48,151 nucleotides of DNA, taken from a virus. Its lineage: Duplodnaviria; Caudoviricetes. The notes beneath the pieces are model-generated. The model had not been told where the DNA came from. It saw only the letters and a list, made by a program, of their open reading frames with translations, and ran no database searches. The stretch's first letter is position 1. The number at the start of each line of letters is the position of its first letter. Shown in pieces: positions 10,446-19,859 of this stretch. The DNA is taken from positions 1 to 48,151 of IMG/VR virus record IMGVR_UViG_3300025018_000020; one strand, 5' to 3'. The position numbers and the translations under genes were made by a program.

Positions 10446-11013
10446 TGTGGTCTCCGAGGTTGTGTAGGTGGCAAGTATTTGGGTGGTACCCAATGTACCA
10501 TTTACCCAACTCCTCTGAGAAATAAACAGTTGGTTTACCATCTGTGTTGGATCTATTTTTAACTTCACGGACGAAATCTCCGTGCCTAAGGTCGTTCATC
10601 TCTTCAATGGCCTTAACAGCCTCGGTCTTATCTTCTATGCCCTTGAGCATAGGCACCATCATTGAGAGCCTGGAGATGTTCATCTGTCCAACATGCTCTG
10701 GATCAAGTTCTAAGAACTCAATGTAGTACTCATAGGTCTTGATACACATGTAGGCTTTCTCACGGGAGAACCCTAACTCTGGACTTGCTAAGAATTGAGA
10801 GAAGTTGTCATAGTCTAATTTCTCGTAGAGTTTATCGTCTCTAACATCTTTGAGTAACTTGCCTATGACAAGAAACAACCCATCGTGAGACCTTTTAGCA
10901 GAGAGTAACGCCTTCCATGTGGCAAACGCCTTCTCTTCTACAGGGAGCTCTTCATCTACTCTAAAATGAGCAAATATCGATGTTGATGGGTTGTACTTGT
11001 CTAGTGCTTTCAT
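10435..11013 (-). CDS. Hypothetical protein, possible DNA-binding (DUF3102-like)
   Basis: IGKLLKDVRDDKLY...FSQFL...ELGFSREKAY helical motif. Confidence 0.45.
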   Translation of the reverse strand: MKALDKYNPSTSIFAHFRVDEELPVEEKAFATWKALLSAKRSHDGLFLVIGKLLKDVRDDKLYEKLDYDNFSQFLASPELGFSREKAYMCIKTYEYYIEFLELDPEHVGQMNISRLSMMVPMLKGIEDKTEAVKAIEEMNDLRHGDFVREVKNRSNTDGKPTVYFSEELGKWYIGYHPNTCHLHNLGDHSES

Positions 11014-11014
11014 G

Positions 11015-11350
11015 TTATTCCTTGATGAATCCTTTTGATAAAGCAGCCTGGTAAGATAATTCTACCGCCTCATCAAAACTTTTGGCTCTGATTAAGATTT
11101 CAGAAGTTTCTGTTTTACTAATTGAGTAGGTAGCTCTGATGATAACCGTTGGCTCAGAGAAGAGATTATTTCTATAAAGCGAGACATCTCCAACTGACAT
11201 CAAAGAGTTAAGTTTTTGATAACTACTTTCACCGCCAATAAAACTTCTTTTGTCAGCAAGATTGAAGTACTTAATAAACTTACCTTGACCTAACATAAGA
11301 GTCATAACTCCTAGCCAGATACCAATTATAATGAATGGTGTGTATGACAT
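11015..11350 (-). CDS. Hypothetical membrane-anchored protein
   Basis: N-terminal hydrophobic segment; GGAG upstream. Confidence 0.55.
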   Translation of the reverse strand: MSYTPFIIIGIWLGVMTLMLGQGKFIKYFNLADKRSFIGGESSYQKLNSLMSVGDVSLYRNNLFSEPTVIIRATYSISKTETSEILIRAKSFDEAVELSYQAALSKGFIKE

Positions 11351-11359
11351 ATTTTCTCC

Positions 11360-11971
11360 TTAGAAATTAAGTTCCTCATCTACTGATGATTCACTACTTG
11401 TACCATTAACATACTCTTCCATGTTGGCTTCTTGACCCTTTTTCATCTCAGCCTTTTCTTTATCACTAAGAGGCTTAGTATCAGCACTATCAACAATGTC
11501 TAAACTGTAGTAACCACTACCTGGAGTTTCTGTTCTAACAACAACCATATCTCTTTCAAGATTATTTGGACTGATTTCCAATTTAGCATCAACTTGGTTT
11601 TTAACACCAGCAGTTGTTTGGAATACTTGGAACTCTTCTGTGTCTCTATTTAAGACTGGGAAGTAATAAGAGATGGCTGGCTTGAACGGGTTAGTGAGTT
11701 TATCTGTCTCTTTACGATCCAAACCTTCTTTTTTGGCACTCTTATGTGCTGCAAAGAACATCTCACAGATTTCACACTCTGCTCCATCGTTGATACGAGA
11801 ACATGGAGTTATCGTCCATCCGCTGTCTTGTGAAGAGTCTTCTTGGAAATGTTTGCCGTCATAGTGGTAGTTGCCCAAAATCCTGAATTGGATTCTGTCA
11901 CCTTTTGACTTCAATTTAATAAACTTTGATGCGGAGAAACTTTGTTTGTCTCCCCAATTTGCTGTTGGCAT
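11360..11971 (-). CDS. Single-stranded DNA-binding protein (T4 gp32-like)
   Basis: FIKLK..GD..FRIL, C-x7-CEIC, acidic tail ending EELNF. Confidence 0.7.
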   Translation of the reverse strand: MPTANWGDKQSFSASKFIKLKSKGDRIQFRILGNYHYDGKHFQEDSSQDSGWTITPCSRINDGAECEICEMFFAAHKSAKKEGLDRKETDKLTNPFKPAISYYFPVLNRDTEEFQVFQTTAGVKNQVDAKLEISPNNLERDMVVVRTETPGSGYYSLDIVDSADTKPLSDKEKAEMKKGQEANMEEYVNGTSSESSVDEELNF

Positions 11972-12029
11972 TTTCGCCCTTTCTAGGTGTATTCACCTTT
12001 ATATTAACAACATACCGATCGTATCACTT

Positions 12030-12233
12030 TTAGGTGAGTGTGTCTATAACCAGTTGTGTAAAATCATCAATCCCACCTTCTCTCAACTCCTTGGCGTTAA
12101 GAGCAATATCTAAGGCAAACTCAGCTGTCTTTGCCCTTTCATCTTTGTGGTGGTCAAAGAGCCAGTCTCTAATTTTTTGTATCTTAGAATCTAGCTCTTC
12201 ATCGCTTAGTTTGTAATAATTGATTACCTGCAT
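12030..12233 (-). CDS. Hypothetical protein
   Basis: ORF coupled to the primase-helicase stop. Confidence 0.55.
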   Translation of the reverse strand: MQVINYYKLSDEELDSKIQKIRDWLFDHHKDERAKTAEFALDIALNAKELREGGIDDFTQLVIDTLT

Positions 12234-13906
12234 TAGAACTCCATTTCGTTCTGTGCTGAACCAACCACGGCCTGTTTATAATTGACCTCACTAATTTCAC
12301 CCTCATCTAACATCACGGCTGAATTAGGCACGAACCTAATCTTCACAGAACCAGAAGTCCCAGTCTTAACTTTTGGCAGTAGTAAGTAACCATCAGGAGA
12401 ATTGGTGAGTTTGAAGTGGTCGTCCTCATCTTTGTTTCTGTGGAGCACTATGACATCAGTAGCATCTTGCTTAAATGCGGCTGAACCACTGATGTCATTC
12501 ATGTCGATAATGGTGTTTTTTCTGCTCTTGGTAGTACCCTTGCGAGGGTGAGCGATAATCATAATTGCTGAACCCTTTTTCTTAGCTGTGCTGACTATTC
12601 GTTTAATAGCATCAGACTCTTGTTGAACTTGAGAGCGTTTGTCGTTGGCGTTGCTGGTGAAGTACCCAATATGGTCAACGATGATTAAGTCTTGTCGCTC
12701 GATACCCTCAATGGTATTCAACAGTTGGTCTAGGGTGGAGTGGGTATCTTTAGTAAAGACGGTCATTCCTGGCATCTCAACATCAAGTAGGTTTTGGTCA
12801 GAAATATCAGTCCAAGTCTTCCTATGATAAATACCAGCTAAGTATTCAATCACACCTACATCTGGCTCAAGAGCAAAGTATAAAACTTTCTTCTGTTGTT
12901 TCTCGGTTCTGTAGGAGAAGTTGCACGCACAGGCTGTTTTACCTGCATTGGTTTCGCCCGTAAGGACATATAAATGGCCAGGAATCCAACCTTTGATGTG
13001 GGTGTCTAAATACTTATATCCAGTAGTAGGAGCAACCGCCTCTAACTTACGCTCTTCAATTCTAGCAAGAGCTAGTTCATTCATAGTCTTTGGTACCATC
13101 ACAACTTCTTTAGATTTCTCTTCCTGTTTTTTCTCCAATCTCTTCTCTAGGTTCCATTTCATACAGTCAGATATAAGTTTATCTACTCTTTCTGGAGGAT
13201 GAGGGGGGTCAAAAGAGGCTGCTGCGGTCTTAATGGCTGGGATTGCCAACTCTGACCATTCAGTGGGCTTAAAACGCCATAAGATTGTGTTGATGAGGTC
13301 TCTTAGGTTGTGGTGTTGTGTCCCTAATGGGGCGTTAACTAACTCCAATAAGTCTCTTGGGGTGTATTCTTTTGGCTCAATCACTTCTTTTGGCAATGTG
13401 GCTTTATCTAAAGTCCTCAAGTCTGAGATTTTCTTTAACTGTCTAACTGTCCAAGCATACTGGCCAATCTCTCCCTTTTTGTTCTTAGCAAATGATGGGG
13501 GTAGGACAATTAACTTACCGTCTTCTTGTAGCTCTAGTTTGTGCTCGTCTTTAACAGAGGCGTTACTATTCCCGATGGCGGAATACTTAAAATAGAGATG
13601 TCTGCCTCCACTAGCTGTCTTAGACTCTAGGTTGGAGTTCATTTCTAATTTCACATCATTAACATAAGAGTCATCATCAACCACGGTCAAATCACTAATC
13701 TTACCCGTGATAACGGCTAATCCAGTGATATTTGGGAACTTGAACCAACTATCGACCTCTTCTTGAGTTGGTAGCCTGTCTTTATATTCAGTCCACTTTA
13801 TAGTTGACCCTTTTTGATAGTCTCTTAGTGGAACAATACTCCATCCAGCCTTTAAGTATAGTTTTGCAGACTCATATAGTCTGTCTTTTTGCTCTTGGGT
13901 TATCAT
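12233..13906 (-). CDS. Prim-Pol primase fused to DnaB-like SF4 helicase
   Basis: N-term GWSIVPL, VVDDD, TASGGRHLYF, IVLPPS; C-term GETNAGKT, IIVDHI, IAHPRK, ISGSAAFKQDA. Confidence 0.9.
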   Translation of the reverse strand: MITQEQKDRLYESAKLYLKAGWSIVPLRDYQKGSTIKWTEYKDRLPTQEEVDSWFKFPNITGLAVITGKISDLTVVDDDSYVNDVKLEMNSNLESKTASGGRHLYFKYSAIGNSNASVKDEHKLELQEDGKLIVLPPSFAKNKKGEIGQYAWTVRQLKKISDLRTLDKATLPKEVIEPKEYTPRDLLELVNAPLGTQHHNLRDLINTILWRFKPTEWSELAIPAIKTAAASFDPPHPPERVDKLISDCMKWNLEKRLEKKQEEKSKEVVMVPKTMNELALARIEERKLEAVAPTTGYKYLDTHIKGWIPGHLYVLTGETNAGKTACACNFSYRTEKQQKKVLYFALEPDVGVIEYLAGIYHRKTWTDISDQNLLDVEMPGMTVFTKDTHSTLDQLLNTIEGIERQDLIIVDHIGYFTSNANDKRSQVQQESDAIKRIVSTAKKKGSAIMIIAHPRKGTTKSRKNTIIDMNDISGSAAFKQDATDVIVLHRNKDEDDHFKLTNSPDGYLLLPKVKTGTSGSVKIRFVPNSAVMLDEGEISEVNYKQAVVGSAQNEMEF

Positions 13907-14382
13907 AGTTTTCCCTCCATAATCATCGCCTCGGCTTGTTGGCGTGTAATCATTACATCTTTTAGGTCTTTGGCGTAGATAGTAGCCGCAACTATCTTCG
14001 TATCAAAGTCTAACTCCTTACCAATCACTCCTGGAGCTAATTCTTTAAGGAGTGCTTTGTAGTTTGTTTTGTCTCTACCACTGGCCGTTAGTTTGGCTAT
14101 CTTCTTGAGGTAGAACCAGTATAAGGCATAGGGTCTTAGTCGGAACTCTTTAGCAATCTCGACCACATCTTCATACTTAACGCTATCTGGGGTTGGGTAG
14201 TCGGAAGTCTTGGAGTTGTTGTCAACAAACTTAGTCCAGTCCATCTTACCTGTGTCAGCAATACCTAGTACTCTATCTACTTTGTCTTCAAGTTGTTGAC
14301 CCATCAGATTTGGGTACTGCTTGCGGAGTTCTTTTCTAGCTCTGTTACGCCTCTTGGTCTCCAGGTAGTTGTTGAGGCTCAT
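13903..14382 (-). CDS. Hypothetical protein in replication operon
   Basis: Overlapping start/stop with both neighbours. Confidence 0.6.
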   Translation of the reverse strand: MSLNNYLETKRRNRARKELRKQYPNLMGQQLEDKVDRVLGIADTGKMDWTKFVDNNSKTSDYPTPDSVKYEDVVEIAKEFRLRPYALYWFYLKKIAKLTASGRDKTNYKALLKELAPGVIGKELDFDTKIVAATIYAKDLKDVMITRQQAEAMIMEGKL

Positions 14383-14981
14383 ATCTCTCCTCTCATCTGC
14401 ATCTCCATTTGTTTGTCTGGTTGGAAGTCTTCTATCTCCCAGTGCTCACGGGTTAAGAACAACTTGAACCCAGCAAGGGATAGTTTCTTATTCTTGTCGT
14501 CGCACCAGTTTCTATATTTCTGTCCGACTTTACTTAGGGCTTTGCCAGTAACTCCGTACTGATACATTAGTTGGTCAACATCTTCTTTAGACAATTTCAG
14601 AGTGTGTGTGCCACTCTCTCTCTTAGTATTTACTTCTTTAGTATTTACTTGTCTGCTTTTTCCCTGCGTAGTTGTTACCGCCGTAGGGTTTTTGAGAGGC
14701 TTATCATATATCTCCCAGATGCCGTCTCCATAACGACCATCGGATTTTCGGACTCTGGTTCTTTTTAGAAATCCTTTTTCCTCGAGTTCAATTATTGCTG
14801 TCCTTATTGACTCGTGACCGTCTTGAACCTGAGTGGCTGTTCCACTAATCGAGAAGTCCCAGTTGTCTGGCTTATTGATAATATATAGGTAAAGACCTAT
14901 GGCTTTGAGTGAAAGTTTGTGTCTCATTATTTCGTTGGAGACAACAGTAAAGTCTTTTTGGAGTTTTCTTTTTACTATCAT
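14379..14981 (-). CDS. Phage replication initiator (HTH)
   Basis: FTVVSNE..LSLKAIGLY..KPDNW..SIRTAIIELEEKGFL; likely ATG at 14981 after AGAAAG (the track extends it to 15128). Confidence 0.75.
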   Translation of the reverse strand: MIVKRKLQKDFTVVSNEIMRHKLSLKAIGLYLYIINKPDNWDFSISGTATQVQDGHESIRTAIIELEEKGFLKRTRVRKSDGRYGDGIWEIYDKPLKNPTAVTTTQGKSRQVNTKEVNTKRESGTHTLKLSKEDVDQLMYQYGVTGKALSKVGQKYRNWCDDKNKKLSLAGFKLFLTREHWEIEDFQPDKQMEMQMRGEI

Positions 14982-15002
14982 TTTTAATCTTTCTGCGGGT
15001 AT

Positions 15003-15078
15003 AAAAAAACCGCTTAATTGGTGGGTAAAGCAGTTAAGCCTTTGGCAAAGCGAGAACTTTACCAACCAATTAAACGGT
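15003..15078 (-). terminator. Long hairpin plus U-tract in the leader of the initiator gene (attenuator-like)
   Basis: Arms 15009-15030 and 15057-15078 match at 20/22 as inverted repeats; the minus strand continues with a T-run. Confidence 0.65.
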
Positions 15079-15200
15079 CTTAACTTAACTAATTTACTCT
15101 CTTTATTTATAATGCCCCCCTTTGCCATAGGGACACCGCTTAAAGCGGAAGGGTTAGATTTCTCTAACTATTTAAGTAAAACATAATGTTCAAACTTTGT

Positions 15201-15842
15201 CTATAACTGAAACTTATCTGATAAGTACTTGTTCAGTTCTTCCTTCGTATACAACTCAGTAAGTTTGCCGTTTTTATTCTTAGGATTGTTTAGAGTTCCC
15301 CAGTTTCCTTCGGGAGTTCCCCACCTACTTAATTGTCTCTTCTTAATTAGATCCGCCGCTAAACCCGCTGACTCTGTTGCTGAGTATGGGTCTATATTGG
15401 AGCCCAAGTCTCTTAGTGTCTCTGGTTCAAATTGGTAATAGCCTTGTCCTGGGGCTCCACCGAACTGATTGAGGTTCTGTCCACCCGATGTCTCGGCTCC
15501 ACTAATATCCATTAACAAATCTGCTGGAACACCCGTTCTCTCACTAGCGATTTGAGCACCTGATAACAGTTGTTCAAAACTCTTTGGAGCTAGTTGTTGC
15601 CACTTCTCCCAGTTAGGATTCCTGCCGCCAAAACGATTGGCAGTAGCACCCAATACTTGTGGCTTACCACCATATTGAGCCTCGGCTTGATTTGCTTCTT
15701 TTAGGTCAGCGTTATCCCAGAAACTATTATCCCATTCTGCTTGAACCTGTTGAGGGATTGGACTGATTAGTTCTTTGGCTGGAGCGAAAGTATTTTGGAT
15801 ACCTCCAAGTGCTTTCTGAAATAGGTCGGTTAAAAAACTCAT
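15201..15842 (-). CDS. Lytic transglycosylase (SLT-like), probably virion-associated
   Basis: GVPADLLMDISGAETSGG, GYYQFEPET, IDPYSA. Confidence 0.75.
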   Translation of the reverse strand: MSFLTDLFQKALGGIQNTFAPAKELISPIPQQVQAEWDNSFWDNADLKEANQAEAQYGGKPQVLGATANRFGGRNPNWEKWQQLAPKSFEQLLSGAQIASERTGVPADLLMDISGAETSGGQNLNQFGGAPGQGYYQFEPETLRDLGSNIDPYSATESAGLAADLIKKRQLSRWGTPEGNWGTLNNPKNKNGKLTELYTKEELNKYLSDKFQL

Positions 15843-15848
15843 ACTTAC

Positions 15849-15878
15849 ATATTAGAACAGATTATTCTTATTTGTGTA
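15849..15878 (-). promoter_or_regulatory. Putative late promoter TACACA-N18-TAATAT
   Basis: Minus-strand copy of the motif, ending 6 nt before the ATG at 15842. Confidence 0.7.
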
Positions 15879-16824
15879 ATGCTTCCATGATTTTGCTCTT
15901 CAAGTCAGCATCCTCTTGGAGTTTTTGACTTAATGCTCTAGCTCCTTGGGCAATGACTTTGTCCTCAAACTTATAGAAAGCCCCAGACTTAACCAGAACT
16001 CCTTTTTTAACCAAGGTTTCTATTAGAGCCCCACTACTATCTATGCCAGATTGATTGATTTCAAACTCAGCCTCCTTAAATGGCACGGCCAACTTGTTTT
16101 TAACAACAGTCATTTTACCCTTAGCTGCAACTTGTTGAGTCCCCTCTTTTATTGCTCCTGTATAAGCCATACGCACACGCAAACTAGCATAGAACTTCAA
16201 GGCCACGCCACCCGTGGTAGTTTCTGGGTTGCCCCACATCACACCAATCTTACTTCTAGTTTGATTAGTGAACACTAGGGCGGTGTTAGACTTACTGGTT
16301 GGAGCTGTTAGTTTTCTCATAGCCTGACTCATTAAACGAGCATGAACACCCATTACTGAGTCGCCCATATCTTTCTCAACTTCAACCTGTGGGATGAGTG
16401 CGGCGACACTATCAACAACTATCATTGCAAATCTACCATCACGAACCATCATTTCAACTAAATTGAGAGCCTCTTCGCCACTATTTGGCTGACTGAATAA
16501 CAGTTTGGAAGTATCAACTCCTAACTCTTTCATCCTCTCAAAACTAATGGCGTGCTCAGTATCAACAAAAGCACAATCTAGTCCCATTTTATTGGCCTGT
16601 GCTATTGCGTGAAGACAGAGGGTAGTTTTTCCACTACCTTCTTTACCGAAGACTTCACTAATCTTACCCCGAGGGAATCCACCAATACCAAATGCGTTAT
16701 CCACATTTTCTATACCTGTGGGGATAACATCAACATCAACTTTGTAGTTCTCATCAATTAAGATGGCTGTATTGTCACCAAGTTCTTTGTTTGCTGTAGC
16801 GATAAATGATTTTAAGTCGTTCAT
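15868..16824 (-). CDS. recA: RecA recombinase
   Basis: GKEGSGKTT, VVDSVAAL, ARLMSQAMRK, PETTTGGVALKFYAS, VVKNK. Confidence 0.95.
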   Translation of the reverse strand: MNDLKSFIATANKELGDNTAILIDENYKVDVDVIPTGIENVDNAFGIGGFPRGKISEVFGKEGSGKTTLCLHAIAQANKMGLDCAFVDTEHAISFERMKELGVDTSKLLFSQPNSGEEALNLVEMMVRDGRFAMIVVDSVAALIPQVEVEKDMGDSVMGVHARLMSQAMRKLTAPTSKSNTALVFTNQTRSKIGVMWGNPETTTGGVALKFYASLRVRMAYTGAIKEGTQQVAAKGKMTVVKNKLAVPFKEAEFEINQSGIDSSGALIETLVKKGVLVKSGAFYKFEDKVIAQGARALSQKLQEDADLKSKIMEALHK

Positions 16825-17099
16825 ATTCCCTTTCTTTCTTTTAGTAGTTGGCGAAGTTCTGCTCGTAGCTCATTTTTAGCGTTTCTACTTGCGTGTATAA
16901 ATGGAGCTGTTTCTTCTATATATTCTACGCTTTCATCTTCTCCAATTATTTTCGCAAACGCATCTACCATATCTTTTTGACCTTGCTGGTAGGCTTTGGT
17001 TAGTGCTTCTTTTAGCCAAATAATCACATCTTCGTTGTTACTAAATGTTTTGCCAGAAAACGCAATTATTGCCTCGTCTATTAGTTTGTTTGTTTTCAT
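16821..17099 (-). CDS. Hypothetical protein
   Basis: Tightly packed ORF in the operon. Confidence 0.6.
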   Translation of the reverse strand: MKTNKLIDEAIIAFSGKTFSNNEDVIIWLKEALTKAYQQGQKDMVDAFAKIIGEDESVEYIEETAPFIHASRNAKNELRAELRQLLKERKGI

Positions 17100-17101
17100 A
17101 G

Positions 17102-17446
17102 TTATTTATTCTGGTTTCTTTTTAATAATTCAGCTCTAGTAATGAGCTCTAAGTTCTCCAAACTGTCATCATAAATGTCCCCATTGATATGATAAATAAT
17201 TCCACCCTTGGGGATTTTTCCACCATTCGCCCCCATCCACACAAAACGAGACCTCTTCATTCTTTTATTGTTGGCTAGAGAGATAAAATATCCATCATGG
17301 TGTTTTTGTAACCCACCCTTCCACGATGGGTGCTTTTCTGGTGGAACTGATTTGAATGATGTTTTGTTTGGTGGGTTGTTTTTAGCATACTGATTCCCTT
17401 TCAACCCCTCGCTGGTAAACTGTCCATTCGTTTTTCTACCCCTCAT
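17102..17446 (-). CDS. HNH homing endonuclease-like protein, possibly degenerate
   Basis: HPSWKGG and IYHINGDIYDDSLENLEL; several usual His/Asn positions are substituted. Confidence 0.7.
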   Translation of the reverse strand: MRGRKTNGQFTSEGLKGNQYAKNNPPNKTSFKSVPPEKHPSWKGGLQKHHDGYFISLANNKRMKRSRFVWMGANGGKIPKGGIIYHINGDIYDDSLENLELITRAELLKRNQNK

Positions 17447-18681
17447 TTGTTTCTCCTGATTTCATATTTATAAAGTGGGTGTAAATGAAAACCATTTGGG
17501 ACTGCTGGAGACACCACATTCCAAGTCATATAGGGCTGTCCCTTATAGAACGCCTGAGTCTTCTTAATTTCAATCTCTTCTATCTTTCCAAGACTCTTGA
17601 TGTTCCCAACAAAGTCATAGACATGACCCCTGGTCTTACCTTCGGCAATTCTTGTGACTCTTCCAAGGATTTGAGAGTGTAGTCTCAAACTTCTAGTTGG
17701 TCTCAAGAGTACCAAACAGTCTAGTTCTGGGTAGTCAAAACCCACTGTGAATATACCCACATTATAGAGGACTTTCAACGAACCGTCTCTCAGAGATTGG
17801 ACGGCTAGAGCCCTCTTTTTCTTTGTCGTTTTACTTGTGACAATCATAGAGTCTGGGGTTAGTCCCGCTAGTCTTTCTGCCTGCTCAATAGACGAACAAA
17901 ACACCAACTTAGCCTTATGAGGTAGTTCGCTGATTGTGTTGGCTAGGTTGCCAGACACTTGGTCGAGCATCTCTTCAAACTTCTCCATATCAAAGTCGCT
18001 CTTACTCTTATTAGTTGGGATTTGATGATGTTGTATTTTGCTAAAGTCGTTATATTCAACTGGAGTTAGGTAGCCCATGTCTGTTAGGTCTCGTGTATTG
18101 ATTACACAAAGTATGCGAGTCCAAAACTTCTCTTTATACCTGTTAATCATTTTAGTGGTGGTGATGGCCTCAATCTGTGCCTTCTGCCAGATTTTCCCTT
18201 TATACCCAGGCGGATATTTGTAGAAAACATCTTGTCTATATGGTGTTCCAGTAAAGCCAAAGACTTTAGTGATACCAGCCCCCTTGAATAGTTTAGAGCT
18301 CATGCCATCTAATTTCTTTGGGTTATGTAGGTCACACTCATCGTAGATGACGATTCCAAAGCCACTAAAGAGCTCGGGTTTCTTGTACATTGACTGGATC
18401 ATCCCAAAAGTAACAGGTTTGATAGTCTTCTCGTTCATTGAGGCACTAAAAACCCCGATTTCATCTCTGTCTAAATAGTTCTCCATCTTCTCAATGTTCT
18501 GCTCCAAAACCTCTTTATTGGGGCAGACAATGAGCACGGGTTGTTTGAGTTGGTGAGCAAGTTCAGCAATGATAATAGACTTCCCGCCACCTTGGGCAAC
18601 GACTATCACATCGTTACCCAAAATGTCTTTTGAGGCCATTATCTGGTCAATTACTTGCTGTTGATATGGTCTTAGTTTCAT
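17443..18681 (-). CDS. SF2 DNA helicase (RadD/UvsW-like)
   Basis: LRPYQ, GGGKS, DECD, FTGTPYR, GFDYP, QILGRVTR. Confidence 0.9.
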   Translation of the reverse strand: MKLRPYQQQVIDQIMASKDILGNDVIVVAQGGGKSIIIAELAHQLKQPVLIVCPNKEVLEQNIEKMENYLDRDEIGVFSASMNEKTIKPVTFGMIQSMYKKPELFSGFGIVIYDECDLHNPKKLDGMSSKLFKGAGITKVFGFTGTPYRQDVFYKYPPGYKGKIWQKAQIEAITTTKMINRYKEKFWTRILCVINTRDLTDMGYLTPVEYNDFSKIQHHQIPTNKSKSDFDMEKFEEMLDQVSGNLANTISELPHKAKLVFCSSIEQAERLAGLTPDSMIVTSKTTKKKRALAVQSLRDGSLKVLYNVGIFTVGFDYPELDCLVLLRPTRSLRLHSQILGRVTRIAEGKTRGHVYDFVGNIKSLGKIEEIEIKKTQAFYKGQPYMTWNVVSPAVPNGFHLHPLYKYEIRRNK

Positions 18682-18941
18682 TTTTCTACCACCTCAAACT
18701 CTTCTATAGGGATCAGGTTGGGCAATGAGCCAAAGGGTAGTGTGTATTTATTACCTAGCTCTATTGCTTTCTCTCTGGCTATTCTGTAGAACTTACCTTT
18801 AACCTCAAACTTAAAGTGAGACTCGTTTCTGTAGTAAGCATCATTTAGTTTAATTCCGATTGCTTCTCTTGATGGGTAGTCCCATTTTGGAAACAAACTT
18901 GGAATTGCATAGAAGAACTTATTTCTTTTAACATATTTCAT
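18678..18941 (-). CDS. Hypothetical protein
   Basis: ORF with AGGA ribosome-binding site. Confidence 0.6.
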   Translation of the reverse strand: MKYVKRNKFFYAIPSLFPKWDYPSREAIGIKLNDAYYRNESHFKFEVKGKFYRIAREKAIELGNKYTLPFGSLPNLIPIEEFEVVEK

Positions 18942-18943
18942 AT

Positions 18944-19048
18944 TTAATCCTCTCTTTTTTTAGCGAAGTAAATCGCTATACCAATTACTATTGCTATGAA
19001 TACTGCGAGCATGATGTAGAGCCCGAGTAACACGGATATATTAAGCAT
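18944..19048 (-). CDS. 34-aa single-pass membrane peptide (not in ORF track)
   Basis: MLNISVLLGLYIMLAVFIAIVIGIAIYFAKKRED fills the gap between two genes exactly. Confidence 0.65.
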   Translation of the reverse strand: MLNISVLLGLYIMLAVFIAIVIGIAIYFAKKRED

Positions 19049-19241
19049 CAGTTCTGTCATCTTTTTCCTTTCTCACCCATTGGCTTGGGTGATATGTTTG
19101 GAACAATTCTGGGAACGCCTCTCTTAATTTCATTCTATTGGTTGGGTCTGCTTTCCTAAAACAATCTGCAAACGCCTGAACAAACGAGCCTCCATATTTT
19201 TCCATCAGCTCCATAATTTTGTAGTCCATCATTCCTGGCAT
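19041..19241 (-). CDS. Hypothetical phage protein
   Basis: MEKYGGSFVQA...ADPTN...AFPE motif; ribosome-binding site present. Confidence 0.65.
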   Translation of the reverse strand: MPGMMDYKIMELMEKYGGSFVQAFADCFRKADPTNRMKLREAFPELFQTYHPSQWVRKEKDDRTDA

Positions 19242-19243
19242 AT

Positions 19244-19477
19244 TTAATCCTCCATTCTGTAAATACTATTTTTTACTGACTTCATAGTTGTATGAAAGTC
19301 TCTAGCATCAACATCAAGTCGGTTGTTGAAGAAGTCTTCCTCGAGTTGCTTGATGTTGTCATCATACTCAAAGGTAAACAACACTCTTTTACCGTCTTTT
19401 GTTCTTTCGTGTGGCGAGTATCCTTTTGTGATTAGTGCTGTGACTAACCCTAGGTCGCTAAATGATTTTAATTCCAT
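19244..19477 (-). CDS. DUF5659-like protein
   Basis: SDLGLVTAL...RVLFTF...FFNNRLDVDARDF...VKNSIY. Confidence 0.65.
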   Translation of the reverse strand: MELKSFSDLGLVTALITKGYSPHERTKDGKRVLFTFEYDDNIKQLEEDFFNNRLDVDARDFHTTMKSVKNSIYRMED

Positions 19478-19479
19478 AT

Positions 19480-19857
19480 TTAATCCTTTCTTGTATATCC
19501 TTTGTTAGTGTGAACTCTTGGTTTTTTATAAATAGCAGTCAACTCGGCTTGAGTCACATTTTTGCGAAACAACTGAGTTTTTCCCTTCTTTGGGTGGTTG
19601 AGGCAGGTACCAACAGTCATCGTTGAAGTGTAGATATTAAGTCGAACCTCATCTCTCCACATAGAGAGCATCCCTAGGTTTCCTTGCCAATCAATAACTC
19701 TCCATCCATATTTTCTACCCATATCTGCCATTTCATAGACATACTTAGATAGGTTTTGTGGCAAAGTTATTTTTGCTGGCTTTGGTTTTTTCTTAGGAGC
19801 TGGTTTTTCTGGCTCTTTGACAGTAAACCAATTCTTTATAAAGTTAATTATGTTCAT
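19480..19857 (-). CDS. Conserved-looking hypothetical protein
   Basis: RLNIYTSTMTVGTCLNHPKKGKTQLFRKNV...PRVHTNKGY. Confidence 0.65.
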   Translation of the reverse strand: MNIINFIKNWFTVKEPEKPAPKKKPKPAKITLPQNLSKYVYEMADMGRKYGWRVIDWQGNLGMLSMWRDEVRLNIYTSTMTVGTCLNHPKKGKTQLFRKNVTQAELTAIYKKPRVHTNKGYTRKD

Positions 19858-19859
19858 AT

